Positions 16,756 to 26,274 of a stretch of DNA of 31,536 bases are shown in pieces; positions within the stretch are counted from its first letter, which is position 1, and each line of letters starts with the position of its first letter. The DNA comes from a virus (lineage: Duplodnaviria; Heunggongvirae; Uroviricota; Caudoviricetes): positions 1 through 31,536 of the IMG/VR virus record IMGVR_UViG_3300045988_087472, one strand, 5' to 3'. A program made the position numbers and the translations under genes. The notes under the pieces were generated by a model. It had not been told where the DNA came from and ran no database searches. It saw only the letters and a program-made list of their open reading frames with translations.

Positions 16756-17383
16756 TGTACCGCTGAGTCTGAAATCTGTCAGTGACTCCGGTGAGTTTGA
16801 AGGATATGGCTCCGTCTTTGGTGTAAAGGACAGTCACGATGATGTGGTGATGTCCGGGGCATTTGCTGCGTCCCTGCGGGCGTGGAGTGACAGAAAAGCG
16901 TTACCTGCGCTGCTCTGGCAGCACCGCATGGATGAGCCCATCGGTGTTTACACCGAAATGAAGGAAGACGATGTCGGGCTTTACGTCAGAGGGCGGTTGC
17001 TCATTGATGATGATCCCCTGGCAAAACGCGCACATGCACACATGAAGGCCGGTTCGTTAACCGGCCTTTCTATTGGGTACGTCCTGAAGGACTGGGAATA
17101 CGACCGGACGAAAGAAGCCTTTCTGCTGAAAGAAATCGACCTCTGGGAAGTCAGTCTGGTGACGTTTCCGTCTAACGACGAGGCGCGGATCAGCGACGTC
17201 AAGAACGCACTGGCCCGCGGGGAAATCCCCGAACAGAAAAAAATCGAAAGAGTCCTGCGTGATGTCGGACTCTCCCGTACCCAGGCCAAAGCATTCATGG
17301 CCGGGGGCTATGGCGCACTGTCCCTGCGCGACGCTGAGGATGTGGGCTCTGCACTGAATGCACTGAAAAATCTGAACTTCTAA
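16733..17383 (+). CDS. Prohead maturation protease (HK97 family, about 216 aa)
   Basis: Track ORF 16697..17383; ATG at 16733 has an AAGGA SD; position between portal and capsid genes. Confidence 0.8.
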   Translation: MQTKQRLDVPLSLKSVSDSGEFEGYGSVFGVKDSHDDVVMSGAFAASLRAWSDRKALPALLWQHRMDEPIGVYTEMKEDDVGLYVRGRLLIDDDPLAKRAHAHMKAGSLTGLSIGYVLKDWEYDRTKEAFLLKEIDLWEVSLVTFPSNDEARISDVKNALARGEIPEQKKIERVLRDVGLSRTQAKAFMAGGYGALSLRDAEDVGSALNALKNLNF

Positions 17384-17397
17384 TCAGGAGAAATACG

Positions 17398-18603
17398 ATG
17401 GCGGTTGATATTAAAGATGTCGAACAGGTCGCGCAGGAGCTGCAGCAGAAGTTTGACGACTTCAAAGCAAAGAACGACAAGCGCGTGGATGCGATTGAGC
17501 AGGAAAAAGGCAAACTTGCCGGGCAGGTGGAAACCCTGAACGGGAAACTCAGCGAGCTGGAAAACCTCAAAAGCGATCTTGAAAAAGAGCTGCTTGAGCT
17601 GAAACGTCCGGCAGGTGGTGCGCAAAATAAACTGGCCACCGAGCATAAAGAAGCGTTTGTGGGCTTCCTGCGTAAAGGCCGTGAAGATGGCCTGCGCGAT
17701 CTGGAGCGCAAGGCATTACAGGTGGGCACCGATGAAGACGGCGGCTATGCCGTGCCGGAAGCACTGGATCGCAACATTCTCACCCTGCTGAAAGATGAAG
17801 TGGTGATGCGCCAGGAAGCCACGGTGATCACCGTTGGTGGTTCCGACTACAAAAAACTGGTGAATCTGGGCGGCACGGCTTCCGGATGGGTTGGCGAGAC
17901 TGACGCGCGCTCCCAGACTGCCACCTCAAAACTGGGCCTGATTGAACCTTTCATGGGGGAAATCTACGGTAACCCGCAGGCCACCCAGAAAATGCTGGAT
18001 GATGCCTTTTTCAACGTGGAAGCATGGATCAACAGCGAGCTGGCAACCGAATTTGCCGAACAGGAAGAAATTGCCTTTACCACCGGCGATGGTACCAAGA
18101 AGCCGAAAGGGTTCCTGGCGTATGAATCCACTGATGAAACCGATAAGGTCCGGGCGTTCGGCAAACTTCAGCATATTGTATCCGGCGAAGCGACGGGGGT
18201 GACCGCAGACGCCATTATCAAACTGATTTACACGCTGCGAAAGGCACACCGCACTGGCGCGAAGTTCATGATGAACAACAACAGCCTGTTTGCCATCCGT
18301 CTGCTTAAAGACAGCGAGGGTAACTATCTGTGGCGTCCGGGGCTGGAACTGGGACAGCCGTCCTCTCTGGCGGGTTACGGTATCGCTGAAAACGAACAGA
18401 TGCCGGATATCGCCGCTGATGCGAAAGCCATTGCATTTGGTAACTTCAAACGGGGTTACACCATCGTTGACCGTATCGGCACCCGCATTCTGCGTGACCC
18501 GTACACCAATAAACCGTTTGTCGGTTTTTATACCACCAAGCGCACCGGCGGGATGCTGGTCGATTCGCAGGCCATCAAACTGCTGAAGATTGCAGCGGCG
18601 TAA
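17398..18603 (+). CDS. Major capsid protein (HK97 fold, 401 aa) with N-terminal coiled-coil scaffolding (delta) region
   Basis: SD CAGGAG; coiled-coil N-terminus and conserved capsid body; position. Confidence 0.9.
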   Translation: MAVDIKDVEQVAQELQQKFDDFKAKNDKRVDAIEQEKGKLAGQVETLNGKLSELENLKSDLEKELLELKRPAGGAQNKLATEHKEAFVGFLRKGREDGLRDLERKALQVGTDEDGGYAVPEALDRNILTLLKDEVVMRQEATVITVGGSDYKKLVNLGGTASGWVGETDARSQTATSKLGLIEPFMGEIYGNPQATQKMLDDAFFNVEAWINSELATEFAEQEEIAFTTGDGTKKPKGFLAYESTDETDKVRAFGKLQHIVSGEATGVTADAIIKLIYTLRKAHRTGAKFMMNNNSLFAIRLLKDSEGNYLWRPGLELGQPSSLAGYGIAENEQMPDIAADAKAIAFGNFKRGYTIVDRIGTRILRDPYTNKPFVGFYTTKRTGGMLVDSQAIKLLKIAAA

Positions 18604-18610
18604 TCACTCA

Positions 18611-18635
18611 GGGGCGCGGAACCGCGCCCCCTGTT
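18611..18635 (+). terminator. GC-rich hairpin (GGGGCGCGG / CCGCGCCCC) followed by a U-containing tract just after the capsid gene; candidate partial terminator
   Basis: Inverted repeat read directly, immediately after the capsid stop codon. Confidence 0.4.
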
Positions 18636-18652
18636 CTGACGGGTGAAGAATC

Positions 18653-18853
18653 ATGATCCTGAAACAAGATCTGAAATGGTCACCGGACGGTATGCGTGTT
18701 GAGGTCATTCAGGCCGGTGAGTATGACGACGGGGCGCTTCCTGCCCGGGTGCAGGAGATTGCACTTCAGGCCGGGTTAGCAGAGCGCGGAATCAGTGCAA
18801 AAAGCAGTAAAGCGGCAAAAGAGAAAAAAGCCACGACCAGTAAAGAGGGATGA
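18653..18853 (+). CDS. Small hypothetical head-module protein (66 aa)
   Basis: Track ORF between capsid and head-tail connector genes; weak ribosome-binding site. Confidence 0.4.
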   Translation: MILKQDLKWSPDGMRVEVIQAGEYDDGALPARVQEIALQAGLAERGISAKSSKAAKEKKATTSKEG

Positions 18854-19179
18854 GTATGCTTCTGACAATGGAAGAGATTAAAGCCCAACTCCGGCTGGAT
18901 GAGGATTTCGATACTGATGACCGCCATCTGCAACTGCTGGCATGTGCGGCACAAAAGCGGACGGAAACGTATCTGAACCGGAAGCTCTATGCACCGGATG
19001 AAACCATTCCGGACAGCGATCCGGACGGGCTGCACCTGCCGGATGATATTCGTCTGGGGATGCTGATGCTTATCAGCCATTTTTACGAAAACCGCTCGTC
19101 GGTTACGGAAGTGGAGAAACTCGACATGCCGCAGAGTTTTGGCTGGCTTGTCGGCCCGTACAGGTACTTTCCTCAATGA
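18850..19179 (+). CDS. Head-tail connector protein (gp6-like, 109 aa)
   Basis: Size, position and sequence character of the gp6-like family; start overlaps the upstream stop. Confidence 0.65.
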   Translation: MSMLLTMEEIKAQLRLDEDFDTDDRHLQLLACAAQKRTETYLNRKLYAPDETIPDSDPDGLHLPDDIRLGMLMLISHFYENRSSVTEVEKLDMPQSFGWLVGPYRYFPQ

Positions 19180-19586
19180 AAATTCGTCAGGCGCAGACCA
19201 GCGCAACCTACATTCTGCCGGACCCCGGTGAACTGAATAAACGCGTCCTGATCCGCCTGCGGGTGGATATGCCCGCGGATAACTTTGGCGTGGAGCCTCA
19301 ATACCCGGTTACGTTCCGGACATGGGCGAAGGTTATCCAGACCAGTGCCACCACCTGGCAGGAAACCGCGCAGACCGGGGACGCCATCACCCATTACATC
19401 ACCATTCGTTACCGCCGGGGGATCACCGCTGATTATGAGGTGGTCTGCGGTGACAGTGTGTACCGGGTGAAACGTCAGCGCGATCTGAACGGGGCGCGGC
19501 GCTTTCTGCTGCTGGAGTGTACGGAGCTGGGCGAATGTAGGCAGAGTCACGGAGGCAACAATGACGACTTCCTTTTTACACGTTGA
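19176..19586 (+). CDS. Head closure / head-tail adaptor protein (136 aa)
   Basis: Position and size; overlapping start. Confidence 0.6.
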   Translation: MKIRQAQTSATYILPDPGELNKRVLIRLRVDMPADNFGVEPQYPVTFRTWAKVIQTSATTWQETAQTGDAITHYITIRYRRGITADYEVVCGDSVYRVKRQRDLNGARRFLLLECTELGECRQSHGGNNDDFLFTR

Positions 19587-20067
19587 TTTTCAGCAGCCCG
19601 CGGAGATGCGCTTTAACCGCGCCCGTGTCCGGCGGGCGTTTGTCACGATTGGTCAGCGTCATATGCGTGATGCCCGTCGGCTGGTGATGCGCCGTGCGCG
19701 GTCGGCACCGGGTGAAAACCCCGGTTATCAGACCGGACGCCTGGCTCGTTCGATTGGTTACATGGTGCCGAGAGCCAGTAAAAAGCGAGCCGGTTTTATG
19801 ACACGCATTGCCCCTAACCAGCGCAACGGGAAGGGGAACCGGATGATCTCTGGTGACTTCTATCCGGCGTTTCTGTTTTTTGGTGTCCGGGGAGGAGCAA
19901 AACGTCGTCGTAGTCATCATCGTGGTGCATCCGGTGGCAGCGGCTGGCGACTGGCTCCACGTAATAACTTCATGGTGGAAACGCTTGAAAAGAACCGCAG
20001 CTGGACACGCTATTTTCTGGCGCGGGAATTGCGTAAATCACTGAAGCCGGAGCGACGACACAGATGA
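19561..20067 (+). CDS. HK97 gp10-family protein (168 aa, basic)
   Basis: Arg-rich profile and position typical of the gp10 family. Confidence 0.65.
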   Translation: MTTSFLHVDFQQPAEMRFNRARVRRAFVTIGQRHMRDARRLVMRRARSAPGENPGYQTGRLARSIGYMVPRASKKRAGFMTRIAPNQRNGKGNRMISGDFYPAFLFFGVRGGAKRRRSHHRGASGGSGWRLAPRNNFMVETLEKNRSWTRYFLARELRKSLKPERRHR

Positions 20068-20624
20068 AACTGACGCCTGTTATTGCTGCACTGCGTGCCC
20101 GCTGTCCGTATTTTGAAAACCGGGTGGCAGGCGCGGCCCAGTTCAAAAATCTGCCGGAGGTCGGAAAGCTGAGACTCCCGGCGGCGTATGTGGTACCGGG
20201 TGATGACTCTCCGGGAGAAAACAAAAGCCAGACCGACTACTGGCAGGAGCTGAAAGAGGGCTTCTCCGTGGTTGTCATACTGAGTAACGGGCGTGATGAG
20301 CGCGGTCAGTTTGCCTCGTATGATGTGGTGGACGATGTCCGGCAGATGCTCTTTAAGGCTCTGCTGGGCTGGAACCCGGAGGCGTGCGGTAACCCGATTA
20401 CCTATGACGGCGGCACGCTGCTGGATCTGAATCGTCATGAGCTGATTTATCAGTTCGATTTTTCGGTCATCAGCGAGCTGACTGAAGACGATACCCGCCA
20501 GCAGGATGATCTGAACAGTCTGGATGAACTGCAAACGCTGGCGATTGATGTTGATTATCTCGAGCCCGGTAACGGGCCTGACGGCGATATCGAACATCAC
20601 ACCGAAATAACCCTTCCTTCCTGA
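20064..20624 (+). CDS. Tail terminator / tail completion protein (186 aa)
   Basis: Position immediately upstream of the sheath gene; ATGA-coupled start. Confidence 0.5.
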   Translation: MKLTPVIAALRARCPYFENRVAGAAQFKNLPEVGKLRLPAAYVVPGDDSPGENKSQTDYWQELKEGFSVVVILSNGRDERGQFASYDVVDDVRQMLFKALLGWNPEACGNPITYDGGTLLDLNRHELIYQFDFSVISELTEDDTRQQDDLNSLDELQTLAIDVDYLEPGNGPDGDIEHHTEITLPS

Positions 20625-20631
20625 GGATCCT

Positions 20632-20802
20632 CATGTTTGTCAAACCTGTTAAAGGGCGGTCAGTTCCTGACCCTGCCCGCGGCGACCTTTTGCCCGCCGA
20701 AGGGCGAAATGTTGACGAGAACAACTACTGGCTGCGCCGTGAAGCAGCGGGTGATATCCGGCGCGTGAATAAAAAGGTGAATACCGATGACGATAAGCTT
20801 TA
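20632..20802 (+). CDS. Small conserved protein preceding the tail sheath (DUF2635-like, 56 aa)
   Basis: Manual translation MFVKPVKGRSVPDPARGDLLPAEGRNVDENNYWLRREAAGDIRRVNKKVNTDDDKL; SD GAGGA; overlaps the sheath start. Confidence 0.45.
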
Positions 20803-22283
20803 ACACCATTCCGTCGAATACGCTGGTTCCGTTGTTTTATGCGGAAATGGATAACCAGGCGGCGAATACTGCACAGGACAGCGGAGCATCGCTGCTGATT
20901 GGTCATGCCAATAACGGTGCAGAGATTGTTGCCAACAGTCTGGTACTGATGCCGTCGGCAGACTATGCACGCCAGATTTGTGGTGCGGGAAGTCAGCTGG
21001 CGCGTATGGTCGAGGCTTATCGCCAGACTGACCCGTTTGGCGAGCTGTATGTGATTGCCGTTCCTGAATCCACAGGCGCGGCGGCAACGGTTACGCTGAC
21101 GGTGACCGGGGCGGCAACCGAAACCGGCACGGTGAATGTGTATGTGGGACGTACCCGCGTGCAGGCACCGGTGACTAACGGCGATAACGTCACGATGATT
21201 GCCAGCAGTATCCAGGATGCCATCAATGCCGTTCCGGCCCTGCCGTTTACGGCTTCATCTTCGGCAGGCGTGGTTACACTGACCGCGCGTCATAAGGGGC
21301 TTTGCGGGAATGAAATTCCTGTCAGCCTCAATTACTACGGCTTTGGTGGGGGCGAAGTGCTGCCAGCGGGCGTACAGATTGCCGTGGCGACGGGTACCGC
21401 CGGAACGGGTGCTCCGGTTCTCACCGGCGCGGTGGCTGCAATGGCGGATGAGCCGTTTGATTATATCGGCCTGCCGTTCAACGACACGGCCTCCGTTAAC
21501 ACGCTGGTGACCGAGATGAACGATACCAGCGGTCGCTGGAGCTATGCGCGTCAGCTGTATGGTCATGTGTATACGGCAAAGATCGGCACGCTGTCAGAAC
21601 TGGTGACCGCAGGTGACCAGTTTAACCAGCAGCACATTACCCTGGCGGGGTACGAAAAAGACACCCAGACGCCTGCCGACGAGCTGGCGGCAAGCCGTAC
21701 CGCCCGCGCAGCGGTGTTTATCCGCAACGATCCGGCACGTCCCACGCAGACCGGTGAGCTGGTGGGTATGCTGCCTGCGCCGAAGGGGAAACGGTTCACG
21801 ATGACCGAACAACAGACCCTGCTGTCTCATGGCGTGGCAACGGCGTATGTCGAAAGCGGGGTACTGCGCATTCAGCGTGATGTCACCACGTACAGGAAAA
21901 ACGCTTACGGGGTTGCGGATAACAGCTACCTCGACAGCGAGACGCTGCATAGCAGTGCGTATGTACTGCGCAAACTGAAATCCGTCATTACCAGTAAGTA
22001 CGGGCGTCACAAGCTTGCCAGCGACGGTACCCGCTTTGGTCCCGGTCAGGCGATTGTCACCCCGGCGGTGATCAAAGGGGAACTGCTGGCAACCTACCGT
22101 CAGCTTGAGCGTGCGGGGATCGTGGAAAACTACGAACTGTTTAAGCAGTACCTGGTTGTGGAGCGTGATGCCAGCGATCCGAACCGCCTGAACACGCTGT
22201 TCCCGCCTGACTATGTTAACCAGTTGCGTGTCTTTGCCGTGGTTAACCAGTTCCGTCTTCAGTATTCAGAGGAGTCTGCATAA
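20787..22283 (+). CDS. Tail sheath protein (Mu gpL-like, 498 aa)
   Basis: Size, position before the tube gene, conserved sheath-like sequence. Confidence 0.85.
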   Translation: MTISFNTIPSNTLVPLFYAEMDNQAANTAQDSGASLLIGHANNGAEIVANSLVLMPSADYARQICGAGSQLARMVEAYRQTDPFGELYVIAVPESTGAAATVTLTVTGAATETGTVNVYVGRTRVQAPVTNGDNVTMIASSIQDAINAVPALPFTASSSAGVVTLTARHKGLCGNEIPVSLNYYGFGGGEVLPAGVQIAVATGTAGTGAPVLTGAVAAMADEPFDYIGLPFNDTASVNTLVTEMNDTSGRWSYARQLYGHVYTAKIGTLSELVTAGDQFNQQHITLAGYEKDTQTPADELAASRTARAAVFIRNDPARPTQTGELVGMLPAPKGKRFTMTEQQTLLSHGVATAYVESGVLRIQRDVTTYRKNAYGVADNSYLDSETLHSSAYVLRKLKSVITSKYGRHKLASDGTRFGPGQAIVTPAVIKGELLATYRQLERAGIVENYELFKQYLVVERDASDPNRLNTLFPPDYVNQLRVFAVVNQFRLQYSEESA

Positions 22284-22639
22284 TGGCCCGTATCGGGGGA
22301 ACCTGTTATTTCAAAATTGACGGTCAGCAGCTATCGCTGACCGGCGGCATTGAGGTGCCCATGAACAGGACGGTCAATGATGACATCATCGGCCTGGACG
22401 GTTCAGTGGACCGCAAGGAAACTCACCGTGCGCCTTATGTTAAAGGGACCTTCAAGGTGCCGAAGAATTTTCCGGTGAGCAAAATCACCTCGTCTGATGA
22501 GATGACCATCACTGCCGAGCTGGCGAACGGTCAGGTCTATGTACTGTCGTCTGCCTGGCTGCACGGCGAAGCGAACCATAATGCCGAAGAAGGGACGGTT
22601 GATCTTGAGTTCCACGGTGAAGAAGGGGATTACCAGTAA
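22283..22639 (+). CDS. Tail tube protein (118 aa)
   Basis: Immediately follows the sheath gene; size typical. Confidence 0.8.
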   Translation: MARIGGTCYFKIDGQQLSLTGGIEVPMNRTVNDDIIGLDGSVDRKETHRAPYVKGTFKVPKNFPVSKITSSDEMTITAELANGQVYVLSSAWLHGEANHNAEEGTVDLEFHGEEGDYQ

Positions 22640-22908
22640 TGAAAGAGCTTGAGTTAAAGAAACCGATTACTGCTCATGGCGAGACACTCTCCGTACTGGA
22701 GTTTGATGAGCCCACCGGGAAAGATGTCCGCGAGCTGGGGTATCCCTACCAGATGAATCAGGATGAGTCCGTCAGACTTCTGGCGCATGTGGTATCGAAA
22801 TACATTGTGCGGCTGGCGAAAGTGCCGCAAAACTCTGTCGACCAGATGTCTCCGGCAGACCTGAATGCTGCGGCGTGGCTTGTGGCTGGTTTTTTCCTCC
22901 AGGCCTGA
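22639..22908 (+). CDS. Tail assembly chaperone, short form (89 aa)
   Basis: Position between tube and tape measure genes; ends at a slippery heptamer. Confidence 0.7.
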   Translation: MKELELKKPITAHGETLSVLEFDEPTGKDVRELGYPYQMNQDESVRLLAHVVSKYIVRLAKVPQNSVDQMSPADLNAAAWLVAGFFLQA

Positions 22909-23057
22909 CGGCTGAATACCTCACTGATCGCTTCTTTGACTGCGCCAGCTACTGGCGCATTAATCCCTTCGAATTGCTGAATATGCCGATCAGTGAAATT
23001 CCCTTGCTGGTCAGTCAGGCAAACAGGATAGAGCAGGAGAAACGCACACATGGCTGA
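22890..23057 (+). CDS. -1 frameshift extension of the tail assembly chaperone (slippery site T_TTT_TTC at 22890-22896; extension ends at 23057)
   Basis: Canonical X_XXY_YYZ heptamer in the chaperone frame; the -1 frame is open for 54 more codons and overlaps the tape measure start. Confidence 0.6.
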   Translation, partial: FFPPGLTAEYLTDRFFDCASYWRINPFELLNMPISEIPLLVSQANRIEQEKRTHG

Positions 23058-24885
23058 ATTTGAGCTTAAGGCGTTGATCACCGGTGTCGACAGACTTTCT
23101 CCCGCGCTGTCGAAAATGCAAAAGAAAATCCGGGGATTTAAACGCCAGGCGGAAGAAGCATCACAGGGTGGGCTGGCGCTTGGTGGCGGACTGGCAGCGG
23201 GTCTGACGCTTTCCCTGAAATCTTATGCCGATCAGGAAAACGCCGCCACCGGGCTGAAAGTCGCCATGATGGATGCGAACGGCGAGGTCGGAAAGAGCTT
23301 TCAGGACATCAATAAACTGGCTATTGGCCTGGGTAACCAGCTACCCGGTACAACGGCTGATTTCCAGAACATGATGCAGATGCTGGTGCGTCAGGGGATC
23401 CCGGCAGAAAACATTCTTGGTGGTGTGGGTAAAGCGACAGCTTATCTTGCGGTACAACTGAAAAAAACACCGGAAGCGGCTGCTGAGTTTGCTGCAAAGA
23501 TGCAGGATGCTACCGGAACGGCGTCAGAAGACATGATGGGGCTGTTCGACACTATCCAGAAGGCGTTTTATCTGGGCGTTGACGATACCAACATGTTGTC
23601 CTTCTTCACTAAAACCAGTTCTGTTCTGAAGATGGTGAACAAGGACGGTCTTCAGGCTGCACAGAGCCTTGCCCCTATCAGCGTCATGATGGATCAGATG
23701 GGGATGAACGGGGAGTCGGCAGGTAATGCCCTGCGAAAAGTTATCCAGTCCGGATTAAGCGTTAAGAAAATCAGGGACGTCAATAAAGTCATGGCCCGCC
23801 AGAAACTCGGAGTGCAGCTCGATTTTACTGACGGCAAAGGGAGTTTTGGCGGTCTTGATAACATGTTCAGGCAACTGGCAAAGCTGCGAAAACTGACCGA
23901 CGTTAAGCGAACAGGTGTACTTAAGGCAATATTTGGTGATGATGCCGAAACCCTTCAGGTGGTCAATGCTCTGATCGATAAAGGAAAGGATGGTTACGAT
24001 CAGATCCAGCAGAAGATGAATAAACAGGCCAGCCTGAATAAACGTGTTCAGGCACAGCTTGGTACGCTGTCCAACCTGTGGGAGGCAATGACGGGGACCG
24101 CAACTAACGGTCTTGCAGCTATTGGCGGCGCATTTTCTGGTGACGCTAAAAATATCACGCAATGGCTGGGGGAGTTGGGGGAAAAATTCACGAAGTTTGC
24201 GGATGAAAATCCCCGGGTTATTCGCGGCGTCGTCGGGCTTGCTGCCGGTCTTGCGATTCTGAAACTGGGATTGATGGGCGTGGGCAGTGCCATCAGTATC
24301 GTCAGCAGGATCATGTCGATGACGCCGATTGGCATGATTGCGACGGCGATTGCCCTGGCTGCGGGATTAATTATCACTAACTGGGATGTTGTCGGACCTT
24401 ATTTTAAGAAACTCTGGGAAACCATTAGTCCTTATTTTGAGGCTGGCTGGGAACTTCTGAAGAAGGTTTTTGCCTGGTCGCCGCTGGGGATGGTGATCAA
24501 TAACTGGGGACCGGTTGTTAAGTGGTTTCAGCATATGTGGGATAAGCTGAAGCCGATTATTGAATGGTTTACCGACAGTTCCGGTGACACGGTCGATGCC
24601 ATTAACTCGGCGCAGTGGGGCGCGGGTGCTTATGATGCTTATGGGACGGGAATACCGGCACGGGGATACACTCCTTATCCGGCGGTGGATCCGGCTCAGG
24701 CAAACAACGCCTCCGATGCCACAGGCTCGAATCCCTTCATGATTAACAAAGCTTCTGCGCCAAAAGTTGATGGTGAGATCAAGGTCTCTTTTGTGAATTC
24801 GCCTCCGGGTATGCGGGTTATGGAAACGCGATCCAGCGGTTTTGATGTCAGCCATGATGTTGGCTATACGCGCTTTGGCAGGTAA
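23050..24885 (+). CDS. Tail tape measure protein (611 aa)
   Basis: Length, Ala/Gly-rich helical composition with C-terminal hydrophobic segments and W-rich region; position after the chaperone. Confidence 0.85.
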   Translation: MAEFELKALITGVDRLSPALSKMQKKIRGFKRQAEEASQGGLALGGGLAAGLTLSLKSYADQENAATGLKVAMMDANGEVGKSFQDINKLAIGLGNQLPGTTADFQNMMQMLVRQGIPAENILGGVGKATAYLAVQLKKTPEAAAEFAAKMQDATGTASEDMMGLFDTIQKAFYLGVDDTNMLSFFTKTSSVLKMVNKDGLQAAQSLAPISVMMDQMGMNGESAGNALRKVIQSGLSVKKIRDVNKVMARQKLGVQLDFTDGKGSFGGLDNMFRQLAKLRKLTDVKRTGVLKAIFGDDAETLQVVNALIDKGKDGYDQIQQKMNKQASLNKRVQAQLGTLSNLWEAMTGTATNGLAAIGGAFSGDAKNITQWLGELGEKFTKFADENPRVIRGVVGLAAGLAILKLGLMGVGSAISIVSRIMSMTPIGMIATAIALAAGLIITNWDVVGPYFKKLWETISPYFEAGWELLKKVFAWSPLGMVINNWGPVVKWFQHMWDKLKPIIEWFTDSSGDTVDAINSAQWGAGAYDAYGTGIPARGYTPYPAVDPAQANNASDATGSNPFMINKASAPKVDGEIKVSFVNSPPGMRVMETRSSGFDVSHDVGYTRFGR

Positions 24886-24909
24886 TGAAAAATTAATCTG
24901 TTAATGAGT

Positions 24910-24930
24910 CCCACTCCGGTGGGATTTTTT
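24910..24930 (+). terminator. Weak intrinsic terminator/attenuator after the tape measure gene (CCCAC-UCCG-GUGGG followed by AUUUUUU)
   Basis: 5-bp stem plus U6 tract read directly. Confidence 0.4.
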
Positions 24931-24945
24931 ATGTACGGAGTTTAT

Positions 24946-26274
24946 ATGACGTGGAAAGACAGACTTCAGGACGCGTCATTTCGCGGTGTGCCGTTTAAGG
25001 TTGAAGAAGAAAGTACGGGAACCGGTCGTCGTGTGGAAACGCACGAATACCCGAACCGCGACAAACCCTATACCGAAGACCTGGGGAAAATCACTTTCCG
25101 CCCGTCCATCACGGCTTATGTGGTGGGAGATGACTGCTTTGACCAGCGCGATCGCCTGATTGACGCGCTGAATAAACCCGGTCCCGGCACGCTTGTCCAT
25201 CCGACTTACGGTGAGCTGAAAGTCTGTGTTGACGGAGAGGTTCGGGTCAGCACATCGAAGAGTGAAGGGCGTATTGTCCGCTTTGACCTGAAGTTTGTCG
25301 AAGCGGGAGAACTCTCTTACCCCACTTCAGGTGCGGCGACGGCGCAGACGCTGATGTCATCCTGTTCTGCACTGGATGACTGCATCAGTGACAGCTTCAG
25401 CGGTTTCAGTATCGATGGCGTGGCGGATTTCGTGCAGAACGACGTTATTGGTAATGCCAGCATAATGCTGGGGTATGTTTCTGATGCGATGAAAGTGGTG
25501 GATTCTGCCGTATCGGATGCCGCCAGGCTGTTGCAGGGGGATATCTCGGTACTTCTGCCGCCGCCATCGTCAGGCAAAAATTTCGTTGAGCAGGTGCAGA
25601 AAATGTGGCGTACCGGGAAACGCCTTTATGGTAACGCCAGCGATCTGGTCACCATGATCAAAACGCTTTCCGGTGTCAGCCTCGGCAGTGATCTGCAACC
25701 GCGCGGCGTCTGGAAAACGGACAGTAAAACCACCGCTACGGCGACGCAGCAGCGTAACGTGGTTGCCAGCACCCTTCGTACGACCGCAATCAGCGAAGCG
25801 GCGTATGCCGTCACCCGATTGCCTGCGCCAACAACTTCCGCGGTGATGCAGAATGCCGCAGTGGGGCAGGCAACAACAGCTGCACAGAGCACCGGCTGGC
25901 CTTCCGTCACGCATCCGGCACTGAACAATGCACCGGCGATGAAAAACACGGTTGATCTGCCGACGTGGGAAGAACTGACTGACATTCGCGACACACTGAA
26001 TACGGCAATTGATAAGGAGTTGTCCCGTACAACCAGTGATGCGCTGTTTCTGGCGCTGCGCCGGGTGAAAGCAGATCTGAATGCGGATATCAACACGCGC
26101 CTTGAACAGTCTGCACGGATCATTCAGCGCACACCGGATGAGGTTTTACCCGCGCTGGTGCTGGCGGCGACCTGGTTTGATAACGCGACGCGTGACGCGG
26201 ACATTATCCGGCGTAATGCCATTACGCATCCCGGCTTTGTGCCGGTGATCCCTCTGAAGGTGCCAGTGCAATGA
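24946..26274 (+). CDS. DNA circularization protein (Mu gpN-like, about 442 aa)
   Basis: N-terminal MTWKDRLQDASFRGVPF signature of the DNA-circularization N-terminal family; track start 24904 would include the terminator hairpin, ATG at 24946 has SD GGAG. Confidence 0.8.
   Translation: MTWKDRLQDASFRGVPFKVEEESTGTGRRVETHEYPNRDKPYTEDLGKITFRPSITAYVVGDDCFDQRDRLIDALNKPGPGTLVHPTYGELKVCVDGEVRVSTSKSEGRIVRFDLKFVEAGELSYPTSGAATAQTLMSSCSALDDCISDSFSGFSIDGVADFVQNDVIGNASIMLGYVSDAMKVVDSAVSDAARLLQGDISVLLPPPSSGKNFVEQVQKMWRTGKRLYGNASDLVTMIKTLSGVSLGSDLQPRGVWKTDSKTTATATQQRNVVASTLRTTAISEAAYAVTRLPAPTTSAVMQNAAVGQATTAAQSTGWPSVTHPALNNAPAMKNTVDLPTWEELTDIRDTLNTAIDKELSRTTSDALFLALRRVKADLNADINTRLEQSARIIQRTPDEVLPALVLAATWFDNATRDADIIRRNAITHPGFVPVIPLKVPVQ

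Noticed and set aside
17295-17729. Minus-strand 144-aa Ser/Cys-rich ORF across the protease/capsid junction
   Set aside because: Antisense to two strongly supported structural genes; composition reflects the reverse complement of Glu/Lys/Leu-rich coding sequence.
20010-20600. Minus-strand 196-aa ORF antisense to the tail terminator gene
   Set aside because: Embedded antisense ORF in a tightly packed structural operon; no independent start signals.
24904-24945. Upstream start at 24904 for the DNA-circularization protein
   Set aside because: It would place the terminator-like hairpin within the coding sequence; the conserved N-terminal signature begins at the ATG at 24946, which has an SD.
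25626-26123. Minus-strand 165-aa ORF inside the DNA-circularization gene
   Set aside because: Antisense to a well-supported gene; typical GC-rich shadow ORF.
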